Source of the DNA: an uncultured Spirochaetota bacterium
GTDB lineage: Bacteria; Spirochaetota; B62-G9; DRHN01
Direction of reading: 5' to 3'
DNA length: 64,000 bases
Assembly: GCA_964583615.1 (NCBI GenBank)
Contig: CAZOWM010000013.1
Location: 6,237-70,236 of the forward strand
Positions within the stretch are counted from its first letter, which is position 1. Each line of letters begins with the position of its first letter. This document shows positions 28,797 to 38,346 of this stretch, in pieces. The notes below the pieces were generated by a model, which saw only the letters and a program-made list of their open reading frames with translations, did not search any database and was not told the DNA's origin. Both the position numbers and the translations under genes were made by a program.

Positions 28797-30068
28797 TCAG
28801 CTGATTTTCATAAGCAGGAATGTGACGTCATCGTTTGGCATTTTGTCGTGCTCTTCGTTTTTTTTCATCCTCTTCTTCAGTGCTCCAATCGGATTTCCGT
28901 GTTTCAGGAGTTCCATGATGGGGACTGTCAAATCTGTATGAGGTACGTTTTTCCCCTTTTCTTCAAGCACTTCAAATACTCCATCCGTATAGAAAAAAAC
29001 CGTATCCCCGGAAAAGAGCTGGATACGCTTTTCATCGTACTCTCCGACATCCTCGAACCATCCGATCGGAAATCCACGCATCTCGACTGTTTCGGTTTTC
29101 CCTGTTTTTCTCTCTATCACCGGGAGGGCGTGATGGCCTGCCACTGAAAGCGTGAGAATTTTTTCCCCGAGAGAGTACACGCCGTACACCATGGTGACAA
29201 AATATCTGCCCTCTCCGATGTTATTTTCAATGAAGCTTTTATTCATATTCCGAAGAACTTCTGCGGGAGTTACGATGATGTAATTTCCGCCTCCAGGCAC
29301 CCGCTTGGCATGATGGGATATTTCTCCTTTTAAAAATATTGTAATCATTGCGGATGGGAGCCCGTGCCCTGAAACATCAGCAATAAAAATGCCGACTTTG
29401 TCCTCATCAATCCTGAAAATGTCATAAATGTCTCCGCCGACCGCATCACAGGGATAATAGAATGAATTGAACTCTACGTCTTTTACGGCGTACGTCTCTG
29501 CTGGAAGGAGGCTCTTTTGTACCTTCCGTGCTGAATTGAGGCTTATCAGCAGCTCTTCGTTCTGGGCTCTGATCACTCCCACTTTTTCTTCAACCCTTTT
29601 CTCGAGCTGATTTGTGTAATCTTTGAGCTCTCTCATTTTTTTGCTCACGATATTTTCCAGATGGAGGGAATATTTTTTAAATATTCTCGTGGCCTTGAGC
29701 AGTTCGAGCTGGGTGTTCACACGTGCTCTCAGCTCCGCAGGTTCCGGCGGTTTGAGGAGAAAGTCGTTGGCCCCGATCTCCAGGGCGGAGATCTTCTGAC
29801 GTTCATCGTCCACCACCGTCAAAACAATAACCGGGATTTCCCTGAGCTCGTAGTCCTCCTTCATTTCTCTCAGGACATCCATTCCGTATTTTTTCGGCAT
29901 CTTCAGATCCAGAAGTATGAGATCCGGTTTCTCCTTTCGTGCTTTGAGAATTCCCTCCTCTCCATCATAAGCCTCGATGAAACTGTACGCCTCCTTCTCG
30001 AACCGTTTTTTGATGAGGTAGATCATGTCGGGATTGTCGTCAACGATGAGGATTTTATGCCTTTCCAA
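28797..30068 (-). CDS. Response regulator with PP2C-type (SpoIIE/RsbU-like) phosphatase output domain
   Basis: REC domain (ILIVDDNPDMIY…DLILLDLKMP) followed by a coiled-coil and PP2C motifs (GDIYD…, DVSGHG…). Confidence 0.8.
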   Translation of the reverse strand: MERHKILIVDDNPDMIYLIKKRFEKEAYSFIEAYDGEEGILKARKEKPDLILLDLKMPKKYGMDVLREMKEDYELREIPVIVLTVVDDERQKISALEIGANDFLLKPPEPAELRARVNTQLELLKATRIFKKYSLHLENIVSKKMRELKDYTNQLEKRVEEKVGVIRAQNEELLISLNSARKVQKSLLPAETYAVKDVEFNSFYYPCDAVGGDIYDIFRIDEDKVGIFIADVSGHGLPSAMITIFLKGEISHHAKRVPGGGNYIIVTPAEVLRNMNKSFIENNIGEGRYFVTMVYGVYSLGEKILTLSVAGHHALPVIERKTGKTETVEMRGFPIGWFEDVGEYDEKRIQLFSGDTVFFYTDGVFEVLEEKGKNVPHTDLTVPIMELLKHGNPIGALKKRMKKNEEHDKMPNDDVTFLLMKIS

Positions 30069-30085
30069 ACTGAAGCGAACTCCAA

Positions 30086-30850
30086 TTAAGAGAATGCGAT
30101 CCTTGGATTTCTGATGTTTCCCTTGAGTGTGAGCGTGAGCACTCCGTCTCTCGCAACAGAGTCCACGACTCCCTTCAACTGTGCGTATTGACGAAAAAAT
30201 TCATTGTTCAATGTGAGAGTGACGGTTCCATCCACCTCCTGCAGGCCGAAGCTTCCAATGATTTCAGAGCTGAAAAGTTCGCTCTTTATCACTCCCCTTT
30301 CGACCGCGTACCTCTCGCCGACATTAGTAAAAGAAAGGTCAGCAATCGGAATTTTGAAAGAGGTGAACTCAAAACCAGCCAGAAAAAGCCTTTCAACACG
30401 TATGGCCTCGGCTTTCAGATCAACCCATGCGAGTGCCTGGAGGTCAAACTCTCGAAGCATGTCTTTCATTTTCACACCGCACTCGGCGGTGACGAGGGCT
30501 CGTGAGATTTCTACATTTCTGTTCTGAAATCTGACCCCTGTACAGGTGAAACCAACGGTCTTCACTCTTGGAAACAGGATCTTTTTCATGTAGAGGACAG
30601 CATGATCGATCGTAAGCGTCAGAGACCCGTCTTCGCCTGTGAGCAGCACTTCTTCAAACACGAAGCTCATGGGAAACCTGTAGCGAAGCTTCAAAACGCT
30701 GATATTCATCGAATAGTTGCTCGCCAGATAGAAATCCAGACGCTTGATCACCGAACCGTAAGGGAAACTGTAGAGAACAAAGAAAAAAAACAGAACAATG
30801 GATGCAAAAACCGCAGCACAAATTATCCCAATTTTTTTTACCTTGTTCAT
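30086..30850 (-). CDS. Membrane-anchored hypothetical protein
   Basis: N-terminal TM helix (IGIICAAVFASIVLFFFFVLY) and 230-aa extracytoplasmic domain. 18 nt upstream of the REC-PP2C gene. Confidence 0.4.
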   Translation of the reverse strand: MNKVKKIGIICAAVFASIVLFFFFVLYSFPYGSVIKRLDFYLASNYSMNISVLKLRYRFPMSFVFEEVLLTGEDGSLTLTIDHAVLYMKKILFPRVKTVGFTCTGVRFQNRNVEISRALVTAECGVKMKDMLREFDLQALAWVDLKAEAIRVERLFLAGFEFTSFKIPIADLSFTNVGERYAVERGVIKSELFSSEIIGSFGLQEVDGTVTLTLNNEFFRQYAQLKGVVDSVARDGVLTLTLKGNIRNPRIAFS

Positions 30851-30952
30851 AGAGAGCTCTCATCCCGGATTCACAGTAGAGACAGGCATAATGTAATACC
30901 ATAAAAAAGGATCAACCACTTATTTATATTCATCGGAGACCCGCAGGTTGGC

Positions 30953-31396
30953 CTACAGCGGATTTTGATTGGTAATGTAGACACGAAACTTGCTGTCATT
31001 TCTCTTTTTTCTGTCATAGAGACGTATGGGAATGAAGCTGAGGAAGAGAAAGAGGAAGGAGAGAGAGGCTGGAAACAGCTCTCCCTTTACAGGGAGGGCA
31101 AGCGCAGAAGCAGCATACTTACCGATATAATACCCGACGATGAGCGCGATGAGCGGAAATATATACAGTATGGCCGCCGATTTCACGATTGTTCCCGGCT
31201 TGATGGCAACAACCACCCGTTCACCCTTGTGCACAGGTCTGTGTGTGTATGCGTCCACGACCATTTCTGAAGATGAAACTCTCCTGCAGATACCGCATTT
31301 CTCACAGGACTTGTTTGCAGCTATCTTTACCGTTGCGGTGTCCCCCTGAACGGAAACAACTTCACCTTCTTCACCGCTGACACCTTTTATGAACAT
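30953..31396 (-). CDS. RseC/MucC-family protein (SoxR-reducing/Rnf-associated)
   Basis: N-terminal beta-rich segment with Cys cluster (KSCEKCGICRR) followed by two TM helices, as in RseC. Immediately downstream of rnfB. Confidence 0.55.
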   Translation of the reverse strand: MFIKGVSGEEGEVVSVQGDTATVKIAANKSCEKCGICRRVSSSEMVVDAYTHRPVHKGERVVVAIKPGTIVKSAAILYIFPLIALIVGYYIGKYAASALALPVKGELFPASLSFLFLFLSFIPIRLYDRKKRNDSKFRVYITNQNPL

Positions 31397-31398
31397 GG

Positions 31399-32307
31399 CT
31401 ATTCTTTCTTTCGTTTACTCGCAGCTGCGGCGGAGGGCTTTTCCTCCGCCTCACGAACTTTCTCCTTGAAGTACTCCTCGTAACCCGGGGCGGGGTCCGA
31501 TACCCTGATCACTTTCGTGGGACAGCGCACAGTCGCCCCGACAGGGGCCTTGTTTATCCCATGATCGATTACCGAAAGGTTTTCCGTCACAGTGACGGAT
31601 CCCGAGTCGTCATCTTTTTCGCAGAGCTTGCAGGCGATGCATCCTGCACTGCAGTTCTTTTTCGTGACCGCCCCTTTGTCTCTGGACCTACAGTACACGT
31701 GTACGACTTCGTCGTAGTCGGTCAGTTCGATGATGTTTCTCGGACAGACTCTCGCACACTCGCCGCATCCAGTGCATTTTCCCACATCCACTACAGGAAG
31801 GCCGTTTTCTCCCATGTGAATCGCATCGAAACGGCACACTTCGCAGCAATCCCCGAACCCGATACACGAATACAGGCAGGCTTTCTCTCCGCCGACGAGA
31901 TGGGCTGCTGCGCACGTTCTGATACCTGTGTACACCTTGTCAAAGACCGCCTCCTTGATCCCCCCACTGCACAACACACGTGCCACTTTCGGTGTGACTG
32001 CCTCCGTTTCTTCGAGCCCGAGAAGGGTGACGAGCTTTTTTGCGACTTCCGCACCTCCCGGTTTGCATCCGTTCGGCGACACCTTCCCTTCCACGAGAGC
32101 CGCCGCATACGCAGCACACCCCGCAAACCCGCAGGCACCGCAGTTTACTCCCGGCAGCAGTTCGATCGCCTTCTCAACCCTCGGGTCTTCCTTGACAGCA
32201 AGTTTCTTATCGGCAACGGCGAGCATCAAAGCGAGTACAAGACCCATACCTCCCATGCTCACAAGTGAAATCAACACGATACTGAATCCCATATGCACTC
32301 CCTTCAA
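31399..32307 (-). CDS. rnfB: Rnf complex subunit B (ferredoxin-like, multiple 4Fe-4S)
   Basis: N-terminal TM anchor, multiple CxxCxxCxxxCP ferredoxin motifs, CxxC cluster. Confidence 0.85.
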   Translation of the reverse strand: MKGVHMGFSIVLISLVSMGGMGLVLALMLAVADKKLAVKEDPRVEKAIELLPGVNCGACGFAGCAAYAAALVEGKVSPNGCKPGGAEVAKKLVTLLGLEETEAVTPKVARVLCSGGIKEAVFDKVYTGIRTCAAAHLVGGEKACLYSCIGFGDCCEVCRFDAIHMGENGLPVVDVGKCTGCGECARVCPRNIIELTDYDEVVHVYCRSRDKGAVTKKNCSAGCIACKLCEKDDDSGSVTVTENLSVIDHGINKAPVGATVRCPTKVIRVSDPAPGYEEYFKEKVREAEEKPSAAAASKRKKE

Positions 32308-32334
32308 TCAATGATTCATAAGGATGCTTCTCCC

Positions 32335-32913
32335 CTATGCGGAGATAAGACCTGCAAACCCCATAAACGCAAGAGCGAGCAGGCCCGCGATGATCAGGGT
32401 GATGGCCGCACCCTTCAGAGGCTCGGGAACATCGGCAAGTTCTAGATCCTCCCGTATTCCCGCCATGATGACGAGCGCAAGCGTAAACCCGATCCCAGCC
32501 CCGATTCCGAACACGATGTTCTGTATGAACGAGTACTCACGGAGTGCGCCAAAGAGCGCGAGGCCCAAAATTGCACAGTTTGTGGTGATGAGAGGAAGAT
32601 AGATCCCGAGCGCATCGTAAAGGGTTTTCGATGTCTTTCTGATGAACATCTCAACGAACTGGACCAGTGCGGCAATGACGATGATGAAGGACACATATTC
32701 GAGAAAGGGAACATTGAAGGCGATCAATATGTAGTGGTTGATGAGCCATGTAATCGCAGACGACAGGGTAAGAACAAAGGTAACTGCAAAACCCATGCTC
32801 ACTGCGGATTCGATTTTTTCGGATACCCCGAGAAAGGGGCAAATTCCGAGAAAATAGGCCAGCACAAAATTATTCACGAGAACAGCGGATACGAAAATCA
32901 GTATTACTTCCAC
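32335..32913 (-). CDS. rnfA: Rnf complex subunit A
   Basis: RnfA/NqrE-like six-TM protein. Start reassigned to GTG at 32913 preceded by GGAGG (spacing 6). The longer ORF-track model overlaps rnfE. Confidence 0.85.
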   Translation of the reverse strand: MEVILIFVSAVLVNNFVLAYFLGICPFLGVSEKIESAVSMGFAVTFVLTLSSAITWLINHYILIAFNVPFLEYVSFIIVIAALVQFVEMFIRKTSKTLYDALGIYLPLITTNCAILGLALFGALREYSFIQNIVFGIGAGIGFTLALVIMAGIREDLELADVPEPLKGAAITLIIAGLLALAFMGFAGLISA

Positions 32914-32948
32914 CGATGACCTCCAGTTATGGAAAGGACCGTGCGAAC

Positions 32949-33626
32949 TTAATGCTCTTTTCTTTCCTTTCTCTTTTTGTCGATAAGGTTTTTCGCACCG
33001 AGCATAAAACCGAGCGTGATAAACGCCCCGGGGGGGAGAAGCATAATGATCCACGGTTCAAAGCCTTCTGAGAGCACCTTCATTCCGAAAAAGGTTCTCA
33101 TCCCGAGCACTTCTCTGACTCCACCCAGAATCACAAGTGTGGCGGTAAACCCTAAGCTTACCCCTAGAGCATCGAGGAGCGACATCAATGCCGTATTCTT
33201 TGAAGCAAACGCTTCAGCCCTTCCCAGAATAATGCAGTTGACGACGATAAGGGGAATAAACGGCCCCAGCGCTTTGCTCAGGTCGAGAAGAAAGGCTTTC
33301 AAAAAAATATCGACCATTGTGACAAAAGTTGCAATGATTACAATAAAAGTGGGGATACGCACCTGTTTTGGAACGATGCCGCGTACAAGTGAGACGATAA
33401 AGCTCGATCCCGTCAATACGAACACGACCGCCAGTCCCATGGTGAGGCCGTTTATTGCGGACGTGGTGACCGCGAGCGTCGGACACATTCCGAGCAGCAT
33501 CACCAGAGTGGGGTTTTCCTTCCAGAATCCTTTTATGAATTCGGGTCCGCTCCTCATCGATGTGTGATCACCTAGGTTTTCTGTCGACCCCATAGATCGG
33601 ATTCCCCCTTGTATGTGAATTCTCAA
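32949..33626 (-). CDS. rnfE: Rnf complex subunit E
   Basis: RnfE/NqrD-like (…FWKENPTLVMLLGMCPTLAVT…). True start may be the internal Met (about 33557). Confidence 0.85.
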   Translation of the reverse strand: MRIHIQGGIRSMGSTENLGDHTSMRSGPEFIKGFWKENPTLVMLLGMCPTLAVTTSAINGLTMGLAVVFVLTGSSFIVSLVRGIVPKQVRIPTFIVIIATFVTMVDIFLKAFLLDLSKALGPFIPLIVVNCIILGRAEAFASKNTALMSLLDALGVSLGFTATLVILGGVREVLGMRTFFGMKVLSEGFEPWIIMLLPPGAFITLGFMLGAKNLIDKKRKERKEH

Positions 33627-33640
33627 TCCGGTTCAATCTG

Positions 33641-34189
33641 CTACATCTCCTCCGAGAACTCGCTGATCGCCCTGTTGATGATTGCAACCACCGAACGGGA
33701 AGAAATCGTCGCCCCGGTAACGGCGCGTATCTGGTTGTCCTTTTCGGGCTCCTGGTTTTTTACGTATTCCACTTCAGGTTCCACGGAGATATCATTGAAC
33801 TGATTCTGAAACGCTTCTTCCCCAATTCTCCCCCCGAGTCCCGGAGTCTCGACCTGCTCGAGTACTTTTATACCGGTTATCCTTTCGAGGTCAACAGTGA
33901 GACCCACCATCAGCTTGATCACACCCTGATATCCGTTTCCCTGTGCGGGAAGCGCGATTCCCGCGACTCCCTCCGATGAGTCCTTGCACTCGAAATACGT
34001 GATACCGCCGGCGGATTTCTCTTCATAACTCTCCGCCCCCGGAACCACGATAAAGATCGAGCTTCTCTGCTCCTCGAGCATGTTCGCCTCGATGAGAGGG
34101 TTTGCGAACATGTAAACGAGAGAGAGGATCCCCCCCGATACGCAGGCAAAGAGGGTAAGAATAAGCACCATTTTCACTCGGTTATTCAT
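33641..34189 (-). CDS. rnfG: Rnf complex subunit G (FMN-binding)
   Basis: N-terminal TM helix and FMN-attachment motif TGATISS. Confidence 0.8.
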   Translation of the reverse strand: MNNRVKMVLILTLFACVSGGILSLVYMFANPLIEANMLEEQRSSIFIVVPGAESYEEKSAGGITYFECKDSSEGVAGIALPAQGNGYQGVIKLMVGLTVDLERITGIKVLEQVETPGLGGRIGEEAFQNQFNDISVEPEVEYVKNQEPEKDNQIRAVTGATISSRSVVAIINRAISEFSEEM

Positions 34190-35171
34190 GCTGAGCCCCT
34201 GTCCCGAATATTCTCGGCCTGGTCCCCCTGTTTATCATCGGGACCCAGGCATTCATGAAAAGTATTGCATACATCACTCCTTCCGGGAGCCCGCCAAAGT
34301 TCCGTATCAGGACCACGAGTGCGCCGATCCCGGCACCGAATATGACGCACCCCTTTTTCGTCAGTGGAGACGTGACCATGTCGGTCGCCATGTAGAGTCC
34401 GCCTAGCATCAACCCCCCTGCGAAAAGGTGGAACAGCCCGCCGGTGAACCGGGCCGGATTGATAAAATGGAGGGTCTGAGCGAGGATGAATACCGTGATG
34501 AATATGGAGGCCGAAGTCCTCCATTTTATATACTTCTTGATGAAGAGGTAGATGCTGCCGAGAATCAGGAGAAATGAACAGGTCTCCCCGATAGAACCAC
34601 CGATGGTCCCGAAAAAGAGCAATCCGATGGGGGTGGAAACAGCGTCGAATTTCATGAGCGCGAGCGGTGTCGCAGTGCTCAGCGCATCCACGGCAGGTGC
34701 CGCGGCCAGCGCCAGTGAAGAAACCCGGGGAGCTATGTAGCTCGATATGAAAACAGGATATGTTGCCGCAAGAAAAGCTCGCCCCACAAGCGCTGGATTG
34801 AAGATGTTGTATCCGAGTCCCCCGAATATCTGTTTTCCAATGACAATGGACACGACCGCCCCGAGTATGACACCGTAGACCGGAAATTTGGGCGGAAGCA
34901 CCATGACCAGCAGAATACCGGTGAGTGCGGCGCTGTAATCGGTAAGCGTGAAGGGTCTCTTCCGCAGCCGTACGACGATGTATTCCGACAAAAGGCACGT
35001 CGCAACCGAAACCGCGTAGAGGAGCAGCACATACCAGCCGAACTGGTATACGCTGAACGCAGCTGCTGGAAGAAGGGTTATGATTACACTGAGCATGATC
35101 CTGGGCACAGACTCATCGCTCTTTATATGTGGGGACGTGGAAAGAATGAGCTTGTTTTTCTCGTTTTCCAT
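34182..35171 (-). CDS. rnfD: Rnf complex subunit D
   Basis: RnfD/NqrB-like polytopic membrane protein. Start set at MENEKNKLILSTSPH, since the upstream extension is Arg/Cys-rich and not protein-like. Confidence 0.85.
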   Translation of the reverse strand: MENEKNKLILSTSPHIKSDESVPRIMLSVIITLLPAAAFSVYQFGWYVLLLYAVSVATCLLSEYIVVRLRKRPFTLTDYSAALTGILLVMVLPPKFPVYGVILGAVVSIVIGKQIFGGLGYNIFNPALVGRAFLAATYPVFISSYIAPRVSSLALAAAPAVDALSTATPLALMKFDAVSTPIGLLFFGTIGGSIGETCSFLLILGSIYLFIKKYIKWRTSASIFITVFILAQTLHFINPARFTGGLFHLFAGGLMLGGLYMATDMVTSPLTKKGCVIFGAGIGALVVLIRNFGGLPEGVMYAILFMNAWVPMINRGTRPRIFGTGAQHE

Positions 35172-35172
35172 G

Positions 35173-36495
35173 CTACTTTTTCTCCCTCGCCTTGATCTCT
35201 CGCAATTTCTGTTTCGCAGTCTTGATAAGCTGCACAATGGGCCGCTTGCTGGGGCACACGTACGCGCAGCTTCCGCATTCTATGCAGTCATTTACACCGT
35301 ATTTTTCCGCAAGCTCCCATTTCTCAGCTTCGGCGATTATCGAAAGCGTGGAGGGCAGAAGCGACGTTGGGCAGGCCTGCACGCAGAGTGAGCACTTGAT
35401 GCACGGTCCGTGCGTCTGCAACATGTACGGTTCTCGCGGGAGAACAACAAGCCCCGACATGCCTTTTATGACCGGGACATCGAGCGAGCTCTGTGCAATT
35501 CCCATCATTGGACCGCCCATGATCACCTTCCCGGGCTGCCCGTCGGTGCCCCCCGCCTGTTCGATGAGCGCACTGATGGGAGTACCGATCTTTGCCATGA
35601 AGTTCGCCGGCGACTTCACCCCTTTGCCGGTGACCGACACCACCCGCTCAACAAGCGGCTTCCCATCCCTGACCGCTTCGCATATGGCAACCGCTGTACC
35701 CACATTTGAGACCACGACCCCAACATCCATTGGAAGCCCGCCGCTCGGCACCTCTCTGCTCAAAATCGCCTTGATGAGCATCTTTTCAGCACCTTGGGGG
35801 TACTTTGTCTGTGTGAGCATGCAATCCGTATTGCCGCTCAGCGCGTCACTGATGGCAGCTGCCGCATCCTGTTTATTTGTTTCCACCGCAAAAATGATCT
35901 TTTCCACGCCGAGGACCCTTCCGATCATCTTCGCCCCCAGAATGAGGTCCCCGGTGCGCTCCAGCATGAGGCGGTAATCTGCAGCGAGATAGGGTTCGCA
36001 TTCGCATCCGTTGATTATAAGCGTATCGATCGGTTTTCCCTTTGGCGGTGACAACTTCACATGCGCCGGAAACGTCGCACCTCCGAGCCCGACGATCCCG
36101 CCGTCCAGCACCCGTCCAAGAATGTCCTTTGGATCAAGACATTCCACATCGGACCCCATGGGATCCATGTATTCAGATTCGCCCCCTCCGTCTTTTTGAA
36201 CGATCACTGAAAGAACGTTCTGTCCGAGCGGATGGAGCGCTTTTTCTATACTTTTCACCTTCCCCGAAACAGGCGAATGCACCGGTACAGAGACAAAACC
36301 GCGTGCTTTCCCCAGGACCTGCCCCGGTTTCACGTTGTCTCCCCGGGATACGGCAGGCTCACAGGGAGCCCCGATATGCTGCGCAAGTGGAACCACGATG
36401 GTTTCCGGAACCTCAGCCTCCCGTATGGGCACGTCTTTGCAGAGTTCTTTTTCTTCCGGAGGATGAACACCACCCCTGAAGGTGAAAATATTCAT
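35173..36495 (-). CDS. rnfC: Rnf complex subunit C (NADH-binding, 4Fe-4S)
   Basis: 440 aa. Soluble-ligand-binding and NADH-binding regions with two C-terminal CxxCxxCxxxCP ferredoxin motifs (CIKCSLCVQACP; CIECGSCAYVCP). Confidence 0.85.
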   Translation of the reverse strand: MNIFTFRGGVHPPEEKELCKDVPIREAEVPETIVVPLAQHIGAPCEPAVSRGDNVKPGQVLGKARGFVSVPVHSPVSGKVKSIEKALHPLGQNVLSVIVQKDGGGESEYMDPMGSDVECLDPKDILGRVLDGGIVGLGGATFPAHVKLSPPKGKPIDTLIINGCECEPYLAADYRLMLERTGDLILGAKMIGRVLGVEKIIFAVETNKQDAAAAISDALSGNTDCMLTQTKYPQGAEKMLIKAILSREVPSGGLPMDVGVVVSNVGTAVAICEAVRDGKPLVERVVSVTGKGVKSPANFMAKIGTPISALIEQAGGTDGQPGKVIMGGPMMGIAQSSLDVPVIKGMSGLVVLPREPYMLQTHGPCIKCSLCVQACPTSLLPSTLSIIAEAEKWELAEKYGVNDCIECGSCAYVCPSKRPIVQLIKTAKQKLREIKAREKK

Positions 36496-36591
36496 TTGGA
36501 GAGCTCCTGCTAAGGGTATTTTATCCTGCCATCCTGACGCTGCATATTCAGATGTTCCATAATAGTGAGAATGAAAAAATTATTCAACCAA

Positions 36592-37929
36592 TTATTTCCA
36601 TAATAGCCAGACAAAAAATGAGCTTGCGGCGGTTGCGCCTATCGTAAAAGGAAGACCGATCCTGCCAAACTCTCTGATACCGATGGTGTACCCGTGTTTT
36701 TTCAAAATGGAAACAGCCACCACGTTTGCGGATGCCCCGACATGAGTAACATTTCCCCCAAGACAGGAGCCGATGAGAAGGCCGAACACAAGGAGATATG
36801 GAGAAGCGCCTATTTCGGACGAGAGAATCTGTGCAACCGGAATCATCGCGGTGATATAAGGAACATTGTCCACAAATGCCGAGATGATCACAGAAAACCA
36901 CACGATGAACAGGTAGAGGGGAAACAGGTCTTTGCTCACATAGGTGAGCACGAGTCGGGCGATGTCCTTCATCACACCGGCTCTCAGCAGGCTTCCCACG
37001 AGAATGAATATGGAAGCAAGAAAAAGAAGCGTATCGAAATCAATCTTCCGCAACATCTCCCTGCGGTTGAGATTTTGTGTCCGCACGAACCATGCCCCCG
37101 CGACCCCTCCCAGCACCACGCACACCACGCCGCCGAGATAGGTAAAATTCGGGTCGATCAGCGAAGAACATGCCAGAAGGACGACCATCAGGAGGATGAG
37201 CGCGGTTGGGAACCAGCTTGTGACCTTCTCCTGTTCGTGGGAATAAACGGGATTCTTATACTGCCTGAAGAAAAACCAGAGAATGAAAAACGAGACCACT
37301 GCACCGACCTGCACCGCGAAGAAAATACCGAGTTTTTCGTCGAGAATGAAAAACTGGTTGAAGTTGAGCTTCATGTACCCTGCGAGGATCATGCTCGGAG
37401 GATCGCCGATGAGTGTTGCGGTTCCCTGGAGATTTGATGAAACCGCAAGCCCGATAAGAAACGGCACAGGAGAGATGCGCTGTTTTTTGGCAATTTCGAG
37501 TGCAATGGGTGCAACGATTAAAACCGTTGCAACATTCTCCACAAAGGCGGATAATAAACTCGCCATTAAACAGATGAGGAGAATCGCAGTCCCCACATTT
37601 CTCGATCTGGAAACGAGGGAGTGTGCGATAAGCGCAGGGACCCGTGACTCGATGAACGCCTCCGCAATGACAAGAGTGCCGATGAATATACCGAGCACAT
37701 TCCAGTTGACCGACTCTGCCACGAAGCGCGCAAAATCAGTTGGGGATCCGGCATCCATGAGCGCGGTGAGAACGAGAATCATAAAAGCACCTGTTCCCGC
37801 ACACAGGGTTTTTTTCTTTGTGAAGAGTATGATGCCGATATAGGAGAGCGCGAACACGGAAAGAACGGAAAACTTGTAAGCCATGGCACTCGTCAGAAAT
37901 AATTGATGTCGCTGTCCCGAATACTTCAA
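36592..37929 (-). CDS. Anion permease of the ArsB/NhaD (YbiR-like) superfamily
   Basis: 445 aa, 10-12 TM helices, internal repeat typical of ArsB/NhaD/DASS permeases. Confidence 0.55.
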   Translation of the reverse strand: MKYSGQRHQLFLTSAMAYKFSVLSVFALSYIGIILFTKKKTLCAGTGAFMILVLTALMDAGSPTDFARFVAESVNWNVLGIFIGTLVIAEAFIESRVPALIAHSLVSRSRNVGTAILLICLMASLLSAFVENVATVLIVAPIALEIAKKQRISPVPFLIGLAVSSNLQGTATLIGDPPSMILAGYMKLNFNQFFILDEKLGIFFAVQVGAVVSFFILWFFFRQYKNPVYSHEQEKVTSWFPTALILLMVVLLACSSLIDPNFTYLGGVVCVVLGGVAGAWFVRTQNLNRREMLRKIDFDTLLFLASIFILVGSLLRAGVMKDIARLVLTYVSKDLFPLYLFIVWFSVIISAFVDNVPYITAMIPVAQILSSEIGASPYLLVFGLLIGSCLGGNVTHVGASANVVAVSILKKHGYTIGIREFGRIGLPFTIGATAASSFFVWLLWK

Positions 37930-37966
37930 TTATATTATTCACATATACGCTGTATGGGCAACCACT

Positions 37967-38302
37967 TTGATCACAATTCACCTGCAAAAAACAGCGCAGT
38001 GCATAACTGAGGTGAGAATTTCCGGGCACGGCGGTGGTGCAAAGGGTGAAGATATCGTCTGTTCCGCGGTTTCCGCACTCGCACAGACTGCCCTCTTCGG
38101 GCTTCTTCACTATGGAAAAGAAGACATCATCTCGAAAATGAGTGAAGGGGAGATGCTCATCCGGGTGAAGGAAACTGCGACGCAGGAGCACAGGGATATT
38201 TTCAACATTATTCTTTCCACACTATACATGGGGTTGGAAAACATACGAAGGAATTACCCTGAAAGGGTCAGGCTTGCAGTGAGCTCAGTTCCTGTTGAAT
38301 AA
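37967..38302 (+). CDS. Prp-like (DUF464) ribosomal-processing cysteine protease family protein
   Basis: 111 aa. GHGGGAKGEDIVCSAVSAL matches the Prp Cys/His motif. Not located in the usual rplU-prp-rpmA context. Confidence 0.6.
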   Translation: MITIHLQKTAQCITEVRISGHGGGAKGEDIVCSAVSALAQTALFGLLHYGKEDIISKMSEGEMLIRVKETATQEHRDIFNIILSTLYMGLENIRRNYPERVRLAVSSVPVE

Positions 38303-38346
38303 AGATGAATACGCGATTCATTCAGGGTGCGCACAGAACAATAAGC

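Noticed and set aside
36694-37437. 247-aa plus-strand ORF rich in H/R/E opposite the ArsB/NhaD permease
   Set aside because: Antisense to a multi-TM permease. Low-complexity charged composition.
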